From contig DAISJM010000001.1 of the NCBI GenBank assembly GCA_036821485.1, forward strand, positions 140,313 through 204,312: a stretch of DNA of 64,000 nt, read 5' to 3'. The notes under the pieces are model-generated. The model did not search any database, was not told where the DNA came from, and was given only the letters and a program-made list of their open reading frames with translations. Position numbers and translations under genes: made by a program. The stretch comes from Verrucomicrobiota bacterium (GTDB taxonomy: Bacteria; Verrucomicrobiota; Kiritimatiellia; CAIQIC01; JAGNIJ01). Every line of letters starts with the position of its first letter. Position 1 is the first letter of the stretch. Below are positions 1 to 9,460 of this stretch, in pieces.

Positions 1-1
1 G

Positions 2-91
2 ACGGCGCCGAACGGCGCACCCGTGCTGGGCCTGCGGGACGGATTCAGCGACTACACCGCGTATGCGACGAATCGGGCGGCAGGGCGCTGA
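2..91 (+). CDS. 3' end of an unidentified gene (partial)
   Basis: Open frame from the window edge (TAPNGAPVLGLRDGFSDYTAYATNRAAGR) to TGA at 89-91, with GC-rich codon usage like neighbouring genes. Confidence 0.4.
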   Translation, partial: TAPNGAPVLGLRDGFSDYTAYATNRAAGR

Positions 92-330
92 GTGCCAAGT
101 GCCAAGTTAAAGGTTACAGGTTGGCTGAAGAGTCTGCTCCTTCCACCTGCCACTTTTCACCTTTCACTCCGTGCCCCCTCTCTTCTCACTACTCACTACT
201 CACTGGTCACCCGCCTTCGCCAAGCCTATGGCGTGGCAAGCTGCTTACTGGTCACTGGTCCCTTCCTCCCTCCCTCAGGTTTCAGGTCTCAGCCTTCAGG
301 TTTCTTTCTTCCTCCAATCCCCAACGCTTG
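92..330. repeat. Intergenic tract of degenerate 7-bp-period repeats (CACTGGT/CACTACT, TTTCAGG/TCTCAGC) plus a CCTTCGCCAAG element
   Basis: Low-complexity heptamer runs at about 187-210, 244-261 and 277-304; CCTTCGCCAAG at 214-224 recurs at 27350-27360. Confidence 0.55.
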
Positions 331-337
331 ATGTTGT

Positions 338-1363
338 GTGGGGGAGTTGGTTGAATCCAACACTGTGAAGCTGGTAGTCCTCATCGACATCGAGTGCGTG
401 GAGGAGGGAGACCCTTCCTTTGAAGGCCGGACGGCCGCCGTGCGCCAGACGATGGAGTTCCAGGTGAGCCATGCGCTGCGCGATCTGGGTCACACGGTCG
501 AGGTGATTCCCTTCCAAGCCGATGTCATCCAGGTCATGACGACGCTGCGGGAGAAGTCGCCCGACGTGGTGTTCAACCTGACGGAGCATTTCGGCGGCGA
601 CCGCCGCAAAGACGCGCACGTGGCAGCGATGTTGGACCTGCTCGGGTTGGCGTCCACCGGCACATCGCTCACCGGGTTGATGCTGTGCCGCGACAAGGCG
701 GTTTGCAAGCGCGTGCTGGGCTACCATCGTATCCGCCAGCCGCTCTTTCACGAGGTGCCCGTCGGCCACGCACGGCCGACAGGCCGGCTGGTGTTCCCGA
801 TGATTGTGAAGCCGCTCTTCGAAGACGCGTCGGACGGCATATCGCTTGCCTCCGTTGTTCACACGCGCGAAGAACTCGATGAGCGTGTCGCGCTCATGCA
901 CGGGAAGATGAAGCAGCCGGCAATCTGCGAAGAGTTCATCGAGGGCCGCGAGATTTATGTCGCGCTGCTTGGCAACGAACGGTTGCAGGTGCTGCCGCCG
1001 CGCGAGTTGATGTTCGGCCCGCGCGAGGATGGTGGACCGACCATCGCGACCGCGCGTGTGAAGTTCGATGAGGCCTATCGCAAAAAGTGGGGCATCGAAT
1101 ACCGGCACGCGGAACTCGATCCGTCGCTGCAGAAACAGATCGCCCGAATCAGCAAGCGCGTCTTCCACCTGCTGGGTATGCGCGATTACGGCCGCATCGA
1201 TCTGCGAATCACCCCGGAGAACGAAGTGGTCTTCCTTGAAGCCAACCCCAACCCGGCCCTCGGCGTCGAAGACGACGTGGCCGAGTCGGCGTATCGCGCG
1301 GGCCTGACGTATCCGCAACTGATCGAGCGGATCGTCCATCAGGCAGCGAGACGGAAGGGGTGA
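338..1363 (+). CDS. D-alanine--D-alanine ligase family ATP-grasp protein
   Basis: PDVVFNLTE, DKAVCK, IVKP..DASDGIS, EEFIEGRE, YGRIDLR and FLEANPNP motifs; exact start codon uncertain. Confidence 0.85.
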   Translation: MGELVESNTVKLVVLIDIECVEEGDPSFEGRTAAVRQTMEFQVSHALRDLGHTVEVIPFQADVIQVMTTLREKSPDVVFNLTEHFGGDRRKDAHVAAMLDLLGLASTGTSLTGLMLCRDKAVCKRVLGYHRIRQPLFHEVPVGHARPTGRLVFPMIVKPLFEDASDGISLASVVHTREELDERVALMHGKMKQPAICEEFIEGREIYVALLGNERLQVLPPRELMFGPREDGGPTIATARVKFDEAYRKKWGIEYRHAELDPSLQKQIARISKRVFHLLGMRDYGRIDLRITPENEVVFLEANPNPALGVEDDVAESAYRAGLTYPQLIERIVHQAARRKG

Positions 1364-1489
1364 GGGGGGGCGAGTTCCAAGTTTCAAGTTGTTCCATTCC
1401 GGGATCATCACGCCCGTTCGATCTTGTCGTTCACCCTTTGCGGCTTTGCGAGCTTGGCGTGAAAATCCTCTCCATTGCGTTACTTCCGT

Positions 1490-1567
1490 CGGAGTTAGTG
1501 TGACTTCAGTGACCCTTAGTGGTTAAGAATCTTTGGCCCTCGGCCTTCGCAAGCGAAGGCCCTACAG
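1490..1567. repeat. Composite intergenic repeat, copy A (10-bp-phased TTAGTG array plus GTAG-type REP hairpin on minus strand)
   Basis: Near-identical to 5602-5682; minus strand reads TGTAG-GGCCTTCGC-TT-GCGAAGGCC. Confidence 0.8.
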
Positions 1568-1699
1568 TTCCTTCCGCCTAATTAGCGCGTGCCCTGCGAA
1601 GCCTCTGACGACGTATTTCCTTTGCGCCTTTTCGTAGGCTTTGTGCCATTGCGTTAATAATCCTTTTTTCCGAACGGCTCTCCTGCCTATCATGCGCGC

Positions 1700-4183
1700 A
1701 TGAGAGCGATTGCATCCCGGTTCTCTTCGTTGTTTCTCCTGAGTCTCCTCCTCACCGCGAAAGGGTGGGCGGCCGATCAGGAAGCTCGCATTCAGGAGCT
1801 GATCGATCAGATGTCGTTGGACGACAAGATCGCGATGGTGTCCGGCGAGGATCCGTGGATGACTCATCCAATTCCGCGCCTCGGCATTTCCAGCGTGAAG
1901 GTGGCCGACGGTCCGCATGGCGTCCGTAACGGCGGCAAGGCGACTTGCTTCCCGACGGGCATCGGCATGGCGGCGACTTGGAATCCCGATTTGGTGCGGC
2001 GTGTCGGCGTTGCGCTGGCGGAGGAAACGCGCGGCCGCGGCTTCGACATTCTACTCGGGCCGTGTGTGAACATCTGCCGCACGCCGCTCAACGGTCGGAA
2101 CTTCGAGGCATTCGGAGAAGACCCGTTCCTGATTTCGCGGATCGCGGTGGCGTACGTGAAAGGCATTCAGAGCCGAGGTGTCGGGACCTCGACGAAACAC
2201 CTGGCGTGCAACAACCAGGAGCGGGATCGATTCAGCGTCAATGTCCGCGTCGACGAGCGGGTCCTTCGCGAAATCTATCTGCCCGCGTTTGAAGCGGCGG
2301 TGAAGGAAGCCGATACGTGGACGGTCATGACGGCCCACAACAAGGTGAACGGCTCGTACTGCTCGGCCAACGATTTCCTCGTGAACAAGGTGCTCAAGGG
2401 TGAATGGGATTTCCGCGGCTTTACGGTCTCGGATTGGGGTGGCGTTCACGACACCGTCGGCGCGGCGAACGGCGGGCAGGATTTGGAAATGCCCGGACCC
2501 GCTGCGCAGTTCGGCGCCAAGCTGAAGAGCGCGATTGAAGCCGGGGCGGTCAGCGTGAATACGCTGGATGACAAGGTGCGGCGAATTCTGCGTGTGGTCG
2601 TGCTTGTGGGCGCGCTCGACCCGCGGCCGGCCGGGCCGGTGGGCGGGGTGGATACGCCGGAGCATCGGACCCTCGCGCGCGAAGCGGCGCGCGAGTGCAT
2701 GACCCTGCTCAAGAACACGAACAACGTCCTGCCGTTCGATGCGAAGAAGATCAAGAAGCTGGCGGTGATTGGTCCAAACGCGGATGCGGACAGCGTGGGC
2801 GGTGGGGGGAGTTCGCGTGTCACGCCGTTCTACTTCGTGACGCCGCTTGATGGGCTTCGCGAACGGTGCGGGAAGAACATCGAAATCGTCTACGAGCGCG
2901 GTTGTTCGATGGCGAACGAGTTGGATGCCGTTCCCGCGGGTGTGCTTTTCACATCGCGCACGCTGAAAGAGGCGGGGCTTCGCGCGGAGTATTTTGCGAA
3001 CAAGGATTTGTCCGGTACACCCGCGTTCACGCGCATTGATCCGGCGGTCGATTTCAACTGGCCGGACGGGCCGGGCGAAGGGCTGGCGGCGGACGGCTTC
3101 TCCGTGCGCTGGACAGGCGTTCTTGTAGCGCCGATGACGGGCGATTTTGAATTGGGAACTTACAGCGATGACGGTTCGCGGTTGTTCATCAACGGCGCGA
3201 TGCTGGTGGACAACTGGGGCAATCACGGGCCGCAGACGCAGGCGTATCACATTCAGTTGAGGAAGGGCGAACTGGTCGACCTGAAGATGGAGTATTACCA
3301 GGCTGGCGGTGGTGCGACCGCGAAGCTTGGCTGGATGGGTGGGGACGGCGGGATTCAGAAGGCGGTTGCGGCGGCGGCGCAGAGCGATGCGGCGGTGGTG
3401 TGCGTCGGATTGTCGGCCGAGTGCGAAGGCGAAGACCGTGACCGGCCGGATATGAAACTGCCGGGCAAGCAGGCCGAGCTTATCGAAGCCGTGATGGCCG
3501 CGAATCCGCGAACGATCGTGGTGTTCATCGGTGGGTCGCCCGTGGTGATGAATCCCTGGGTGGACCATGTTCCTGCCGTTGTCTGTGCGTGGTATCCGGG
3601 GCAAGAGTGCGGCCACGCGTTGGCGGACGTTCTGTTCGGCGATGTGAACCCCTCCGGGAAGATGCCGGTGACGTTTCCGAAGCAGTTGGAGGATAACCCG
3701 TCGGCTGAGAACTACCCGGGGAGCGATGGCGTGGAAGACTACGCGGAGGGGTTGCTGGTGGGCTACCGGTATTACGACACGAAGAACGTGGAGCCCCAGT
3801 TTCCGTTCGGGCACGGCCTGTCGTATACCGAATTCAAGTATGACCACCTGAAGGTAGATTCCGTTGGCCGGGTGGTGACCTTTGACGTCAAGAACACGGG
3901 TCGGCGGGCGGGGAAGGAAGTGGCCCAACTCTACATCGGCGATCCGAAGTGCAGCGTGGAGCGTCCGGTGAAAGAGCTGAAAGCCTTCCGGAAGATCGAA
4001 CTGCTTCCCGGTCAGCAGCAGACGGTTCGCTTCCAACTGGACGAGCGTGCCCTGTCCTTCTACGACGTGGCGACGCACCGCTGGGTGGCGGAGCCCGGCG
4101 ATTTTGATGTATCCATCGGAAGCTCCTCGCGTGATATTCGCCTGAAGGGAACGCTCACGCTCTCCTCGTCGGCCAAGCCATGA
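1700..4183 (+). CDS. Secreted GH3 beta-glucosidase/xylosidase with PA14 insertion and C-terminal Fn3-like domain
   Basis: Signal peptide; ADGPHGVR, GRNFE, KH..NNQE, nucleophile SDWG; PA14 segment (FSVRWTG, YSDDGSRLFING); FPFGHGLSYT. Confidence 0.92.
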   Translation: MRAIASRFSSLFLLSLLLTAKGWAADQEARIQELIDQMSLDDKIAMVSGEDPWMTHPIPRLGISSVKVADGPHGVRNGGKATCFPTGIGMAATWNPDLVRRVGVALAEETRGRGFDILLGPCVNICRTPLNGRNFEAFGEDPFLISRIAVAYVKGIQSRGVGTSTKHLACNNQERDRFSVNVRVDERVLREIYLPAFEAAVKEADTWTVMTAHNKVNGSYCSANDFLVNKVLKGEWDFRGFTVSDWGGVHDTVGAANGGQDLEMPGPAAQFGAKLKSAIEAGAVSVNTLDDKVRRILRVVVLVGALDPRPAGPVGGVDTPEHRTLAREAARECMTLLKNTNNVLPFDAKKIKKLAVIGPNADADSVGGGGSSRVTPFYFVTPLDGLRERCGKNIEIVYERGCSMANELDAVPAGVLFTSRTLKEAGLRAEYFANKDLSGTPAFTRIDPAVDFNWPDGPGEGLAADGFSVRWTGVLVAPMTGDFELGTYSDDGSRLFINGAMLVDNWGNHGPQTQAYHIQLRKGELVDLKMEYYQAGGGATAKLGWMGGDGGIQKAVAAAAQSDAAVVCVGLSAECEGEDRDRPDMKLPGKQAELIEAVMAANPRTIVVFIGGSPVVMNPWVDHVPAVVCAWYPGQECGHALADVLFGDVNPSGKMPVTFPKQLEDNPSAENYPGSDGVEDYAEGLLVGYRYYDTKNVEPQFPFGHGLSYTEFKYDHLKVDSVGRVVTFDVKNTGRRAGKEVAQLYIGDPKCSVERPVKELKAFRKIELLPGQQQTVRFQLDERALSFYDVATHRWVAEPGDFDVSIGSSSRDIRLKGTLTLSSSAKP

Positions 4184-5031
4184 CGTCTCGACGAATACTA
4201 TCGATCATTTGTCTTCTTCTCCTGGCGGTGTCGGCAGTGTCCGCGCAGTCGGTGAAGGTGGCGATGTGCCAGATCGTCTGTCTCGACGGGGATCGGGAGG
4301 GCAACTTCGTCCGCATCGAGCGTGCGGTCAGCGAGGCGGTTCGGGCCGGGGCCCACATCGCGTGCTTCCCGGAATCCTCGATTCTCGGCTGGGTTAATCC
4401 CGATGCCCACGCGCGGGCGTGTGCCATTCCCGGCGCGGACTCCGACCGGCTCTGCGACATGGCGCGGCGGCACAGGATTCATCTCTGCATCGGGTTGGAC
4501 GAGAAGGATGGCACGAACCTGTATGATGCCGCGGTGCTGATTGATGATGCGGGGCAGATTCTGCTCAAGCATCGCAAGACGAACAACCTGCTGGACGTCA
4601 AAGATCTGATGGTGCCGCCGTACACATCGGGCAGCGACTTCGCCGTGGCCGATACCCGTTTCGGCAAGTTGGGGGTGATGATTTGCGCCGACACGTTCGA
4701 TGACAACAATCTCCGCCGGATGGCGGCGTTGAAGCCGGCACTGGTGCTGGTGCCGTACGGCTGGGTGGCGGACGAGGCGATGTGGCCGAAGCACGGCGAA
4801 GCTTTGGGCGGAGTCGTGAAGCACGCGGCGGAGGTCATCGGTGCGCCGGTCGTCGGAACGGATCCGGTGGGTCAGGTGTCGCATGGCGCATGGGCGGGGA
4901 AGTACTACGGCGGCGCGAGTGTCGCCTATGACGAAAGCGGAAAACTGCTGGGCGTTGCGGCCGACCGCGACCGCGACGTGAAGATGCTCGACGTCCCGCT
5001 GGTGAGCGGTCGGGGGCAGGCCGACAAGTAG
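4180..5031 (+). CDS. Carbon-nitrogen hydrolase (nitrilase superfamily) with signal peptide
   Basis: E-K-C triad context CFPESS / KHRK / MICADT; ATGA overlap with the GH3 stop codon. Confidence 0.85.
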   Translation: MTSRRILSIICLLLLAVSAVSAQSVKVAMCQIVCLDGDREGNFVRIERAVSEAVRAGAHIACFPESSILGWVNPDAHARACAIPGADSDRLCDMARRHRIHLCIGLDEKDGTNLYDAAVLIDDAGQILLKHRKTNNLLDVKDLMVPPYTSGSDFAVADTRFGKLGVMICADTFDDNNLRRMAALKPALVLVPYGWVADEAMWPKHGEALGGVVKHAAEVIGAPVVGTDPVGQVSHGAWAGKYYGGASVAYDESGKLLGVAADRDRDVKMLDVPLVSGRGQADK

Positions 5032-5171
5032 CCAATACGAAAAAGCGGCTTCTGAACAGACTCCGCGGCGCGAGGCTAGGGTCAGGCCTTGCATCTTGCA
5101 ATTGCGGGAGTGAAGGCGTCTGGAGCCGGACTGACCTGTTTCTTCAGCGCGTCATGACAGCGACCTTCCCT

Positions 5172-5221
5172 TTTTCCAATCCTTGGAAAAACCCGTTCGG
5201 AATTTTCCAACCCTTGGAAAA
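5172..5221. repeat. TTTTCCAA-N3-TTGGAAAA palindrome doublet, 31-bp period
   Basis: Units at 5172-5190 and 5203-5221 with a 12-bp spacer. Confidence 0.9.
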
Positions 5222-5376
5222 AGACGTTGGAAGATTTTCCGGCGGGGGCTGCCGCCGGACGCAGGAACCGCTGCTACAACTCCACCTCCTCAATTCGCGC
5301 GTGCCCTGCGAAGCGCCGCGCGAAGAAGGGTCCATTCGTGTTAATTCGTGGTCGACTTCCTGCAGCGTCGTTCCGT

Positions 5377-5467
5377 TGTCATCTGGTTCTGGGGTCAGAC
5401 CTGTACGGTGTGCTGCCCAAATCCGAGGACGAGATTCTTCTGCCGCAGGAGCGGCATCAGAATGACA
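5377..5467. repeat. TGTCAT...ATGACA-bounded intergenic element
   Basis: Terminal inverted TGTCAT/ATGACA; right part GAGATTCTTC...CAGAATGACA resembles GAGATCCCTC...GGGATGACA at 27384-27430. Confidence 0.5.
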
Positions 5468-5570
5468 GCTTTCGGCGCGTTTCGTTGCTATCGCTCCGCC
5501 TCCGATCCGCGGTATCAGCGACATCCGCGGTTAAATGTCAGAAGCGGACATATTTGGATCGGAGTCTAAC

Positions 5571-5682
5571 CACTAATTTCCACTAAGCTGCACTAAGGGG
5601 GCGGAGTTAGTGTGACTTTAGTGACCCTTAGTGGTTAAGAATCTTCGGCCCTTTCGGCCTTCGACGAGCAAAGGCCCTACAG
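5571..5682. repeat. Composite intergenic repeat, copy B (inverted CACTAA x3 / TTAGTG x3 arrays plus REP hairpin)
   Basis: CACTAA at 5571, 5581, 5591; TTAGTG at 5607, 5618, 5628; 5602-5682 matches 1490-1567. Confidence 0.8.
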
Positions 5683-5737
5683 GGAACTGAAGCAGGAGGT
5701 CGCGAGGGCCCACTGGTTACCGATCACTGACTACCGG

Positions 5738-6262
5738 TCACTTCAGCTCTTCGGCCTTCGGCCCTTTTCGGAACACATTGCGGAAGAAGAGTGCGGTGTC
5801 CACGCCGACCACCTTGGGTGCGCCGCGCTGGAGGGCACGATCCTTTTCGATCTCCGCTTTCAGGAAGTCCTGCACGAGGATCTTGATGGCGCTGATGAAG
5901 CCGACGCACAGGGTCCACTGATCCGCGGCGATCATCTTGAGCGTCAGCATATCGTCCGCGATGGATTCCGGGGTGTCGTTCTTCGCGTGGCCGTGCGGGT
6001 AGAATTCGGTGGCCAGCCAGCCGGCGACGTTGAAAGCGTGGTCGAGTGTGCCGCGCTCAATACCCAGCTTCGGCAGCGCCTGCTGCGCGATGCGTTCGTG
6101 GTCGGATACGCTCGTGCTGAGGAGTTCGCGAACGGCGAGCATGAACGCGGGCAGCTTGGCCGAGCCGAGGCTCAGCATGGCGGCCAGGTCCCCTTTGACG
6201 GCATCCAGCTTCAAGGAATCCTCCTTGAACGCTTCGATATTCTTGAACAATTTCGATTTCAT
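5738..6262 (-). CDS. Hypothetical alpha-helical protein, possibly 3'-truncated
   Basis: 174-aa ORF with an RBS-like GGGAG and a clear upstream promoter; last codons run into repeat-like DNA; no recognisable family. Confidence 0.55.
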   Translation of the reverse strand: MKSKLFKNIEAFKEDSLKLDAVKGDLAAMLSLGSAKLPAFMLAVRELLSTSVSDHERIAQQALPKLGIERGTLDHAFNVAGWLATEFYPHGHAKNDTPESIADDMLTLKMIAADQWTLCVGFISAIKILVQDFLKAEIEKDRALQRGAPKVVGVDTALFFRNVFRKGPKAEELK

Positions 6263-6295
6263 AACTCACTCCCGCTACGAATTAATAACACTAGT

Positions 6296-6323
6296 AGTAT
6301 ACTAGTATGCATAGTATTTGCAA
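6296..6323 (-). promoter_or_regulatory. Sigma70-like promoter TTGCAA-16-TATACT with overlapping ATACTA direct repeats and ACTAGTA-N3-TACTAGT palindrome
   Basis: Read directly on the minus strand upstream of 6262; AT-rich patch. Confidence 0.55.
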
Positions 6324-6485
6324 GTTGCTTGTCTTACTGTGGTTAAACAAGCCACATATGGTGCGCAAGTGGCTGTGGCGAGGGGAGTTAGGGATGGTCC
6401 CGAGCTCCGCGTCTACGCGGAAGCAGACGGCGACGCTTAAGCGCCGCCAAGGCTTCCGGCTGAAGCCGGGACTCTGGCTGGATTC

Positions 6486-7913
6486 CTACAGTCCCGTCTC
6501 GAATCGGAGCGTCTCGCCCTTCTTGATTTCCACTCCCTCGCCGGCGGGCAGGGGTTCGTCCATGCCTTTGACCGTTACCATGACGTCATAGGTGCCGGGC
6601 GGGACGATGAACTGGCGCCATAGCGGTTCCTGGTTGTCGAATCCGCGGCGCACAGAGAGCAGCGGCGTGGTGTTGCCGGAAGGAATCAGGTCCCACCCCT
6701 GCACGCTGGTCTCGGCTGGTTTGACCAGCACGATGCCGGAGTCCAGCGTGACATAGGCCTCCTTGCCCGCAGCCACGTCGATCTTCCCGGCCACCTTGGT
6801 GGGCGAGGGGCTGCGGTAGTAGAGGAACGAGACATCATAGGTGCCGGCCGGAAGGGCCTTGGGTTTGAAGAGGTAGTAGTCGTTGCCGTTCGGTTCGACC
6901 TTCAGCACCTCGCGTCCGGTGGCGCTCTCGGAGATGATGATGGCGCTGACACTCAGGTCGTTCAACTCCTCTGCCATGTTGAAGACGAGATCGCCGAGAA
7001 GGACTTCGGCGACTTCGCCCTTTGCGACGGTGAAATCGGTGAGCGCGACTTCTGTCGGGGGCCTGTAGTTCGGGTTGGCGAAGAGAAGCGTGAGCGAATA
7101 GTCGCCGGACATCAGCGGATGCGTCGAGTCTGCGCCGGGCAGTTCGGCTTCCTTCACCACCTTGCCGTCGGACTTGCGGGTGATGCGGAATCCGGACAGG
7201 CTCTTCAGCGCGCTTTCCGGCATGGCGATGCGCAGTTTGCCGAGACCGGAGACCTTCTGCACGGTGGAGCTCTTCGCCTTCTCGACCTTCTGCTCGATTT
7301 CCTTGCGAACGGTTTCGAATGCCGCGAGCAGGGCCGCCGGGTCGGCGGCATCGAAGTACTGCCCGCCGCCGGCTTCGGCGATGCAGGAGAGCTGGACCTT
7401 GTCCTCATCCGTCACGTCGAAGCCGACCACGTGCATGATGAAGTTGACGCCGGCGGTCTTCAGTGCCTTGACGGTGGCGCATGGATCGCCGCCGCACGTC
7501 TCCTTGCCGTCGCTCACGAGCACGATGGTGGTCTCGGCAGTGCGCCCTTTGAGCAGGTCCGCGACCTGGGTGACGGCGGCGGCAATGGGGGTCATGCCGG
7601 TGGGTTGGATGGCCTTCACGCGCGCGAGGAGTCCGTCGCGGTCTGCGCTGCCGGGGGGTATAAGCACTTCGATATCGGTGCAATCCTTGGCGCGGCGGTG
7701 GCCGTAGGCGGCGAGACCGATGCGAACTTCCGGGGGAACTTCGGGGACGACCTTTTCCATGACGGACTTGGCCGCATCCATCTTGGTCTGAGCTCCCGCC
7801 GGGCCCTGCATGCTGCCGGACCCGTCGAGTATGAATACGGCCTCCGGGAAGCCCGCCGCCTGAACGCATGTGGGAATAAGAATGGATATGATCAGCTTGT
7901 GCAGGGTCCTCAT
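6486..7913 (-). CDS. Secreted VWA (MIDAS) domain protein with C-terminal beta-sandwich repeats
   Basis: GGAGGAGG RBS before ATG 7913; signal peptide; ILDGSGSM MIDAS, TGMTPIA, VSDGKETC; repeated PxGTYDV segments. Confidence 0.85.
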   Translation of the reverse strand: MRTLHKLIISILIPTCVQAAGFPEAVFILDGSGSMQGPAGAQTKMDAAKSVMEKVVPEVPPEVRIGLAAYGHRRAKDCTDIEVLIPPGSADRDGLLARVKAIQPTGMTPIAAAVTQVADLLKGRTAETTIVLVSDGKETCGGDPCATVKALKTAGVNFIMHVVGFDVTDEDKVQLSCIAEAGGGQYFDAADPAALLAAFETVRKEIEQKVEKAKSSTVQKVSGLGKLRIAMPESALKSLSGFRITRKSDGKVVKEAELPGADSTHPLMSGDYSLTLLFANPNYRPPTEVALTDFTVAKGEVAEVLLGDLVFNMAEELNDLSVSAIIISESATGREVLKVEPNGNDYYLFKPKALPAGTYDVSFLYYRSPSPTKVAGKIDVAAGKEAYVTLDSGIVLVKPAETSVQGWDLIPSGNTTPLLSVRRGFDNQEPLWRQFIVPPGTYDVMVTVKGMDEPLPAGEGVEIKKGETLRFETGL

Positions 7914-8029
7914 CTCGTCCGTCCTCCTCCCATGTCCAATACGCAGCGGACGCGGATGCGTTAAGGGTTGCGAACCGATGAGCGCGCAGGCCCCAAACAT
8001 CGGCGGCCGGTTCTGGTATGGTATCCGCC

Positions 8030-9193
8030 ATGAAAGATCGGCGGATGGGGCTGGTGTTGCTGCTGGCGTTTGTCGCGTTCGTGAGTCTTGGACTTCCGGA
8101 CAGCGTACTGGGCGTCGCGTGGCCGTCCATCCGGCGGACCTTCGGGCTGCCGCTCGATGCGCTCGGGCCATACCTTCTTGCGGGGGTCATTGGCTACTTT
8201 CTCTCCAGCTTCAACAGCGGCCGCATTGTTGCGCGATGGGGCGTCGGTCTTGTGCTGGCGGCGAGCAGCCTGCTCACCGCGCTGAGCCTGTTGGGATATG
8301 CGCTTTCCCCGGCGTGGATGGTCATCATCTGCCTTTCTTTTGTCGGCGGGCTTGGGGCGGGCGCGATCGATTCCGGGATCAACACCTTCGCGGCGGTACG
8401 CTTTACGCCGCGGCACATGAACTGGCTCCACGCGTGCTGGGGTATCGGTGCGGCGATGGGGCCGGCGATCATGACCGGCGTGCTGAAGATCGGCGCATCG
8501 TGGCGGTGGGGCTATGTGGCGGTCATGGGGATCCTGCTGCTGCTGACCATCGGATTCTTCGCGACGATTCGCCTGTGGACGATCGACAGCGCGCACGAGC
8601 AGAAGGCCGAACCCCACGCCCGGCGGCGAGATACGCTCGCGATTCCATCGACATGGCTGAGCATGGGCATCTTCTACGTCTACTGCGGCATCGAAGCATC
8701 GACGGGCCAGTGGAGTTACAGTCTGCTTGTGGAATCGCGCGACATCGCCCCGGTGACCGCCGGGTTGTGTGTGAGTCTCTACTGGGGCTCACTGACCGCC
8801 GGGCGATTCCTGATCGGCGCGATCGCGAATCATGTGCCGCCGGTGCGCCTGCTTCGCGTCTGCATGCTGGGCGCGGCAGCCGGGGTGATGGTGCTGGGCT
8901 TGCGCGTGGGGCATGGACTGGAGGCCGTGGGTCTGGGACTGACCGGGTTCTCGCTGGCGGTGATTTTCCCCACGATGATTACGCAGACGCCGGGCCGTTT
9001 TGCGTCGACGCACGTGGCTAACGTGGTTGGGTTTCAGGTCGCGGCTGCCAGTGTCGGGATCGCTACGATCCCGTGGCTGTTCGGCATTATCGCGCGCCGC
9101 GCAGGGCTGGAGGTCCTGCCGTGGCTGCTGCTGGGGGCGACCGTGATCATGATCATTCTTCACGAGGCCGTGGTGCGGCGCGGGAAGGCTTGA
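8030..9193 (+). CDS. MFS transporter
   Basis: About 12 hydrophobic segments; GLPDSVLGVAWP, GLGAGAIDSGIN and NWLHACWGIGA motifs. Confidence 0.85.
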   Translation: MKDRRMGLVLLLAFVAFVSLGLPDSVLGVAWPSIRRTFGLPLDALGPYLLAGVIGYFLSSFNSGRIVARWGVGLVLAASSLLTALSLLGYALSPAWMVIICLSFVGGLGAGAIDSGINTFAAVRFTPRHMNWLHACWGIGAAMGPAIMTGVLKIGASWRWGYVAVMGILLLLTIGFFATIRLWTIDSAHEQKAEPHARRRDTLAIPSTWLSMGIFYVYCGIEASTGQWSYSLLVESRDIAPVTAGLCVSLYWGSLTAGRFLIGAIANHVPPVRLLRVCMLGAAAGVMVLGLRVGHGLEAVGLGLTGFSLAVIFPTMITQTPGRFASTHVANVVGFQVAAASVGIATIPWLFGIIARRAGLEVLPWLLLGATVIMIILHEAVVRRGKA

Positions 9194-9217
9194 ATTGCGG
9201 AATGATTTGTCCTAACC

Positions 9218-9249
9218 CGGACATTGCACGAGAATTCGTGCAATGTCCG
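9218..9249. terminator. 14-bp stem hairpin downstream of the MFS gene (terminator or repeat)
   Basis: CGGACATTGCACGA-gaat-TCGTGCAATGTCCG; no U-tract. Confidence 0.4.
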
Positions 9250-9391
9250 CCCTGCGGGCTTCGACGCGCCGCGCCAGAGCGCGGATTGCTCAGGATAGGC
9301 CTTTCGGCGCGTCGAAGGATTAGCCTTGAGCAAGCTGCGGAGCAGCGCGCCGAAACCTTGGCCGCAGAAGTTTCTGCGGCCAAGGCGCTTA

Positions 9392-9420
9392 TTGCATGAG
9401 CGATTCCTCGCTCATATAAT
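9392..9420 (+). promoter_or_regulatory. Sigma70 promoter TTGCAT-17-TATAAT with a palindrome filling the spacer
   Basis: ATGAGCGA-TTCC-TCGCTCAT at 9396-9415 between the two hexamers, about 40 bp before ATG 9461. Confidence 0.65.
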
Positions 9421-9460
9421 AAACGGGCTAAAGCGGGAGCAACCTACCAAGGAGCAAGAC

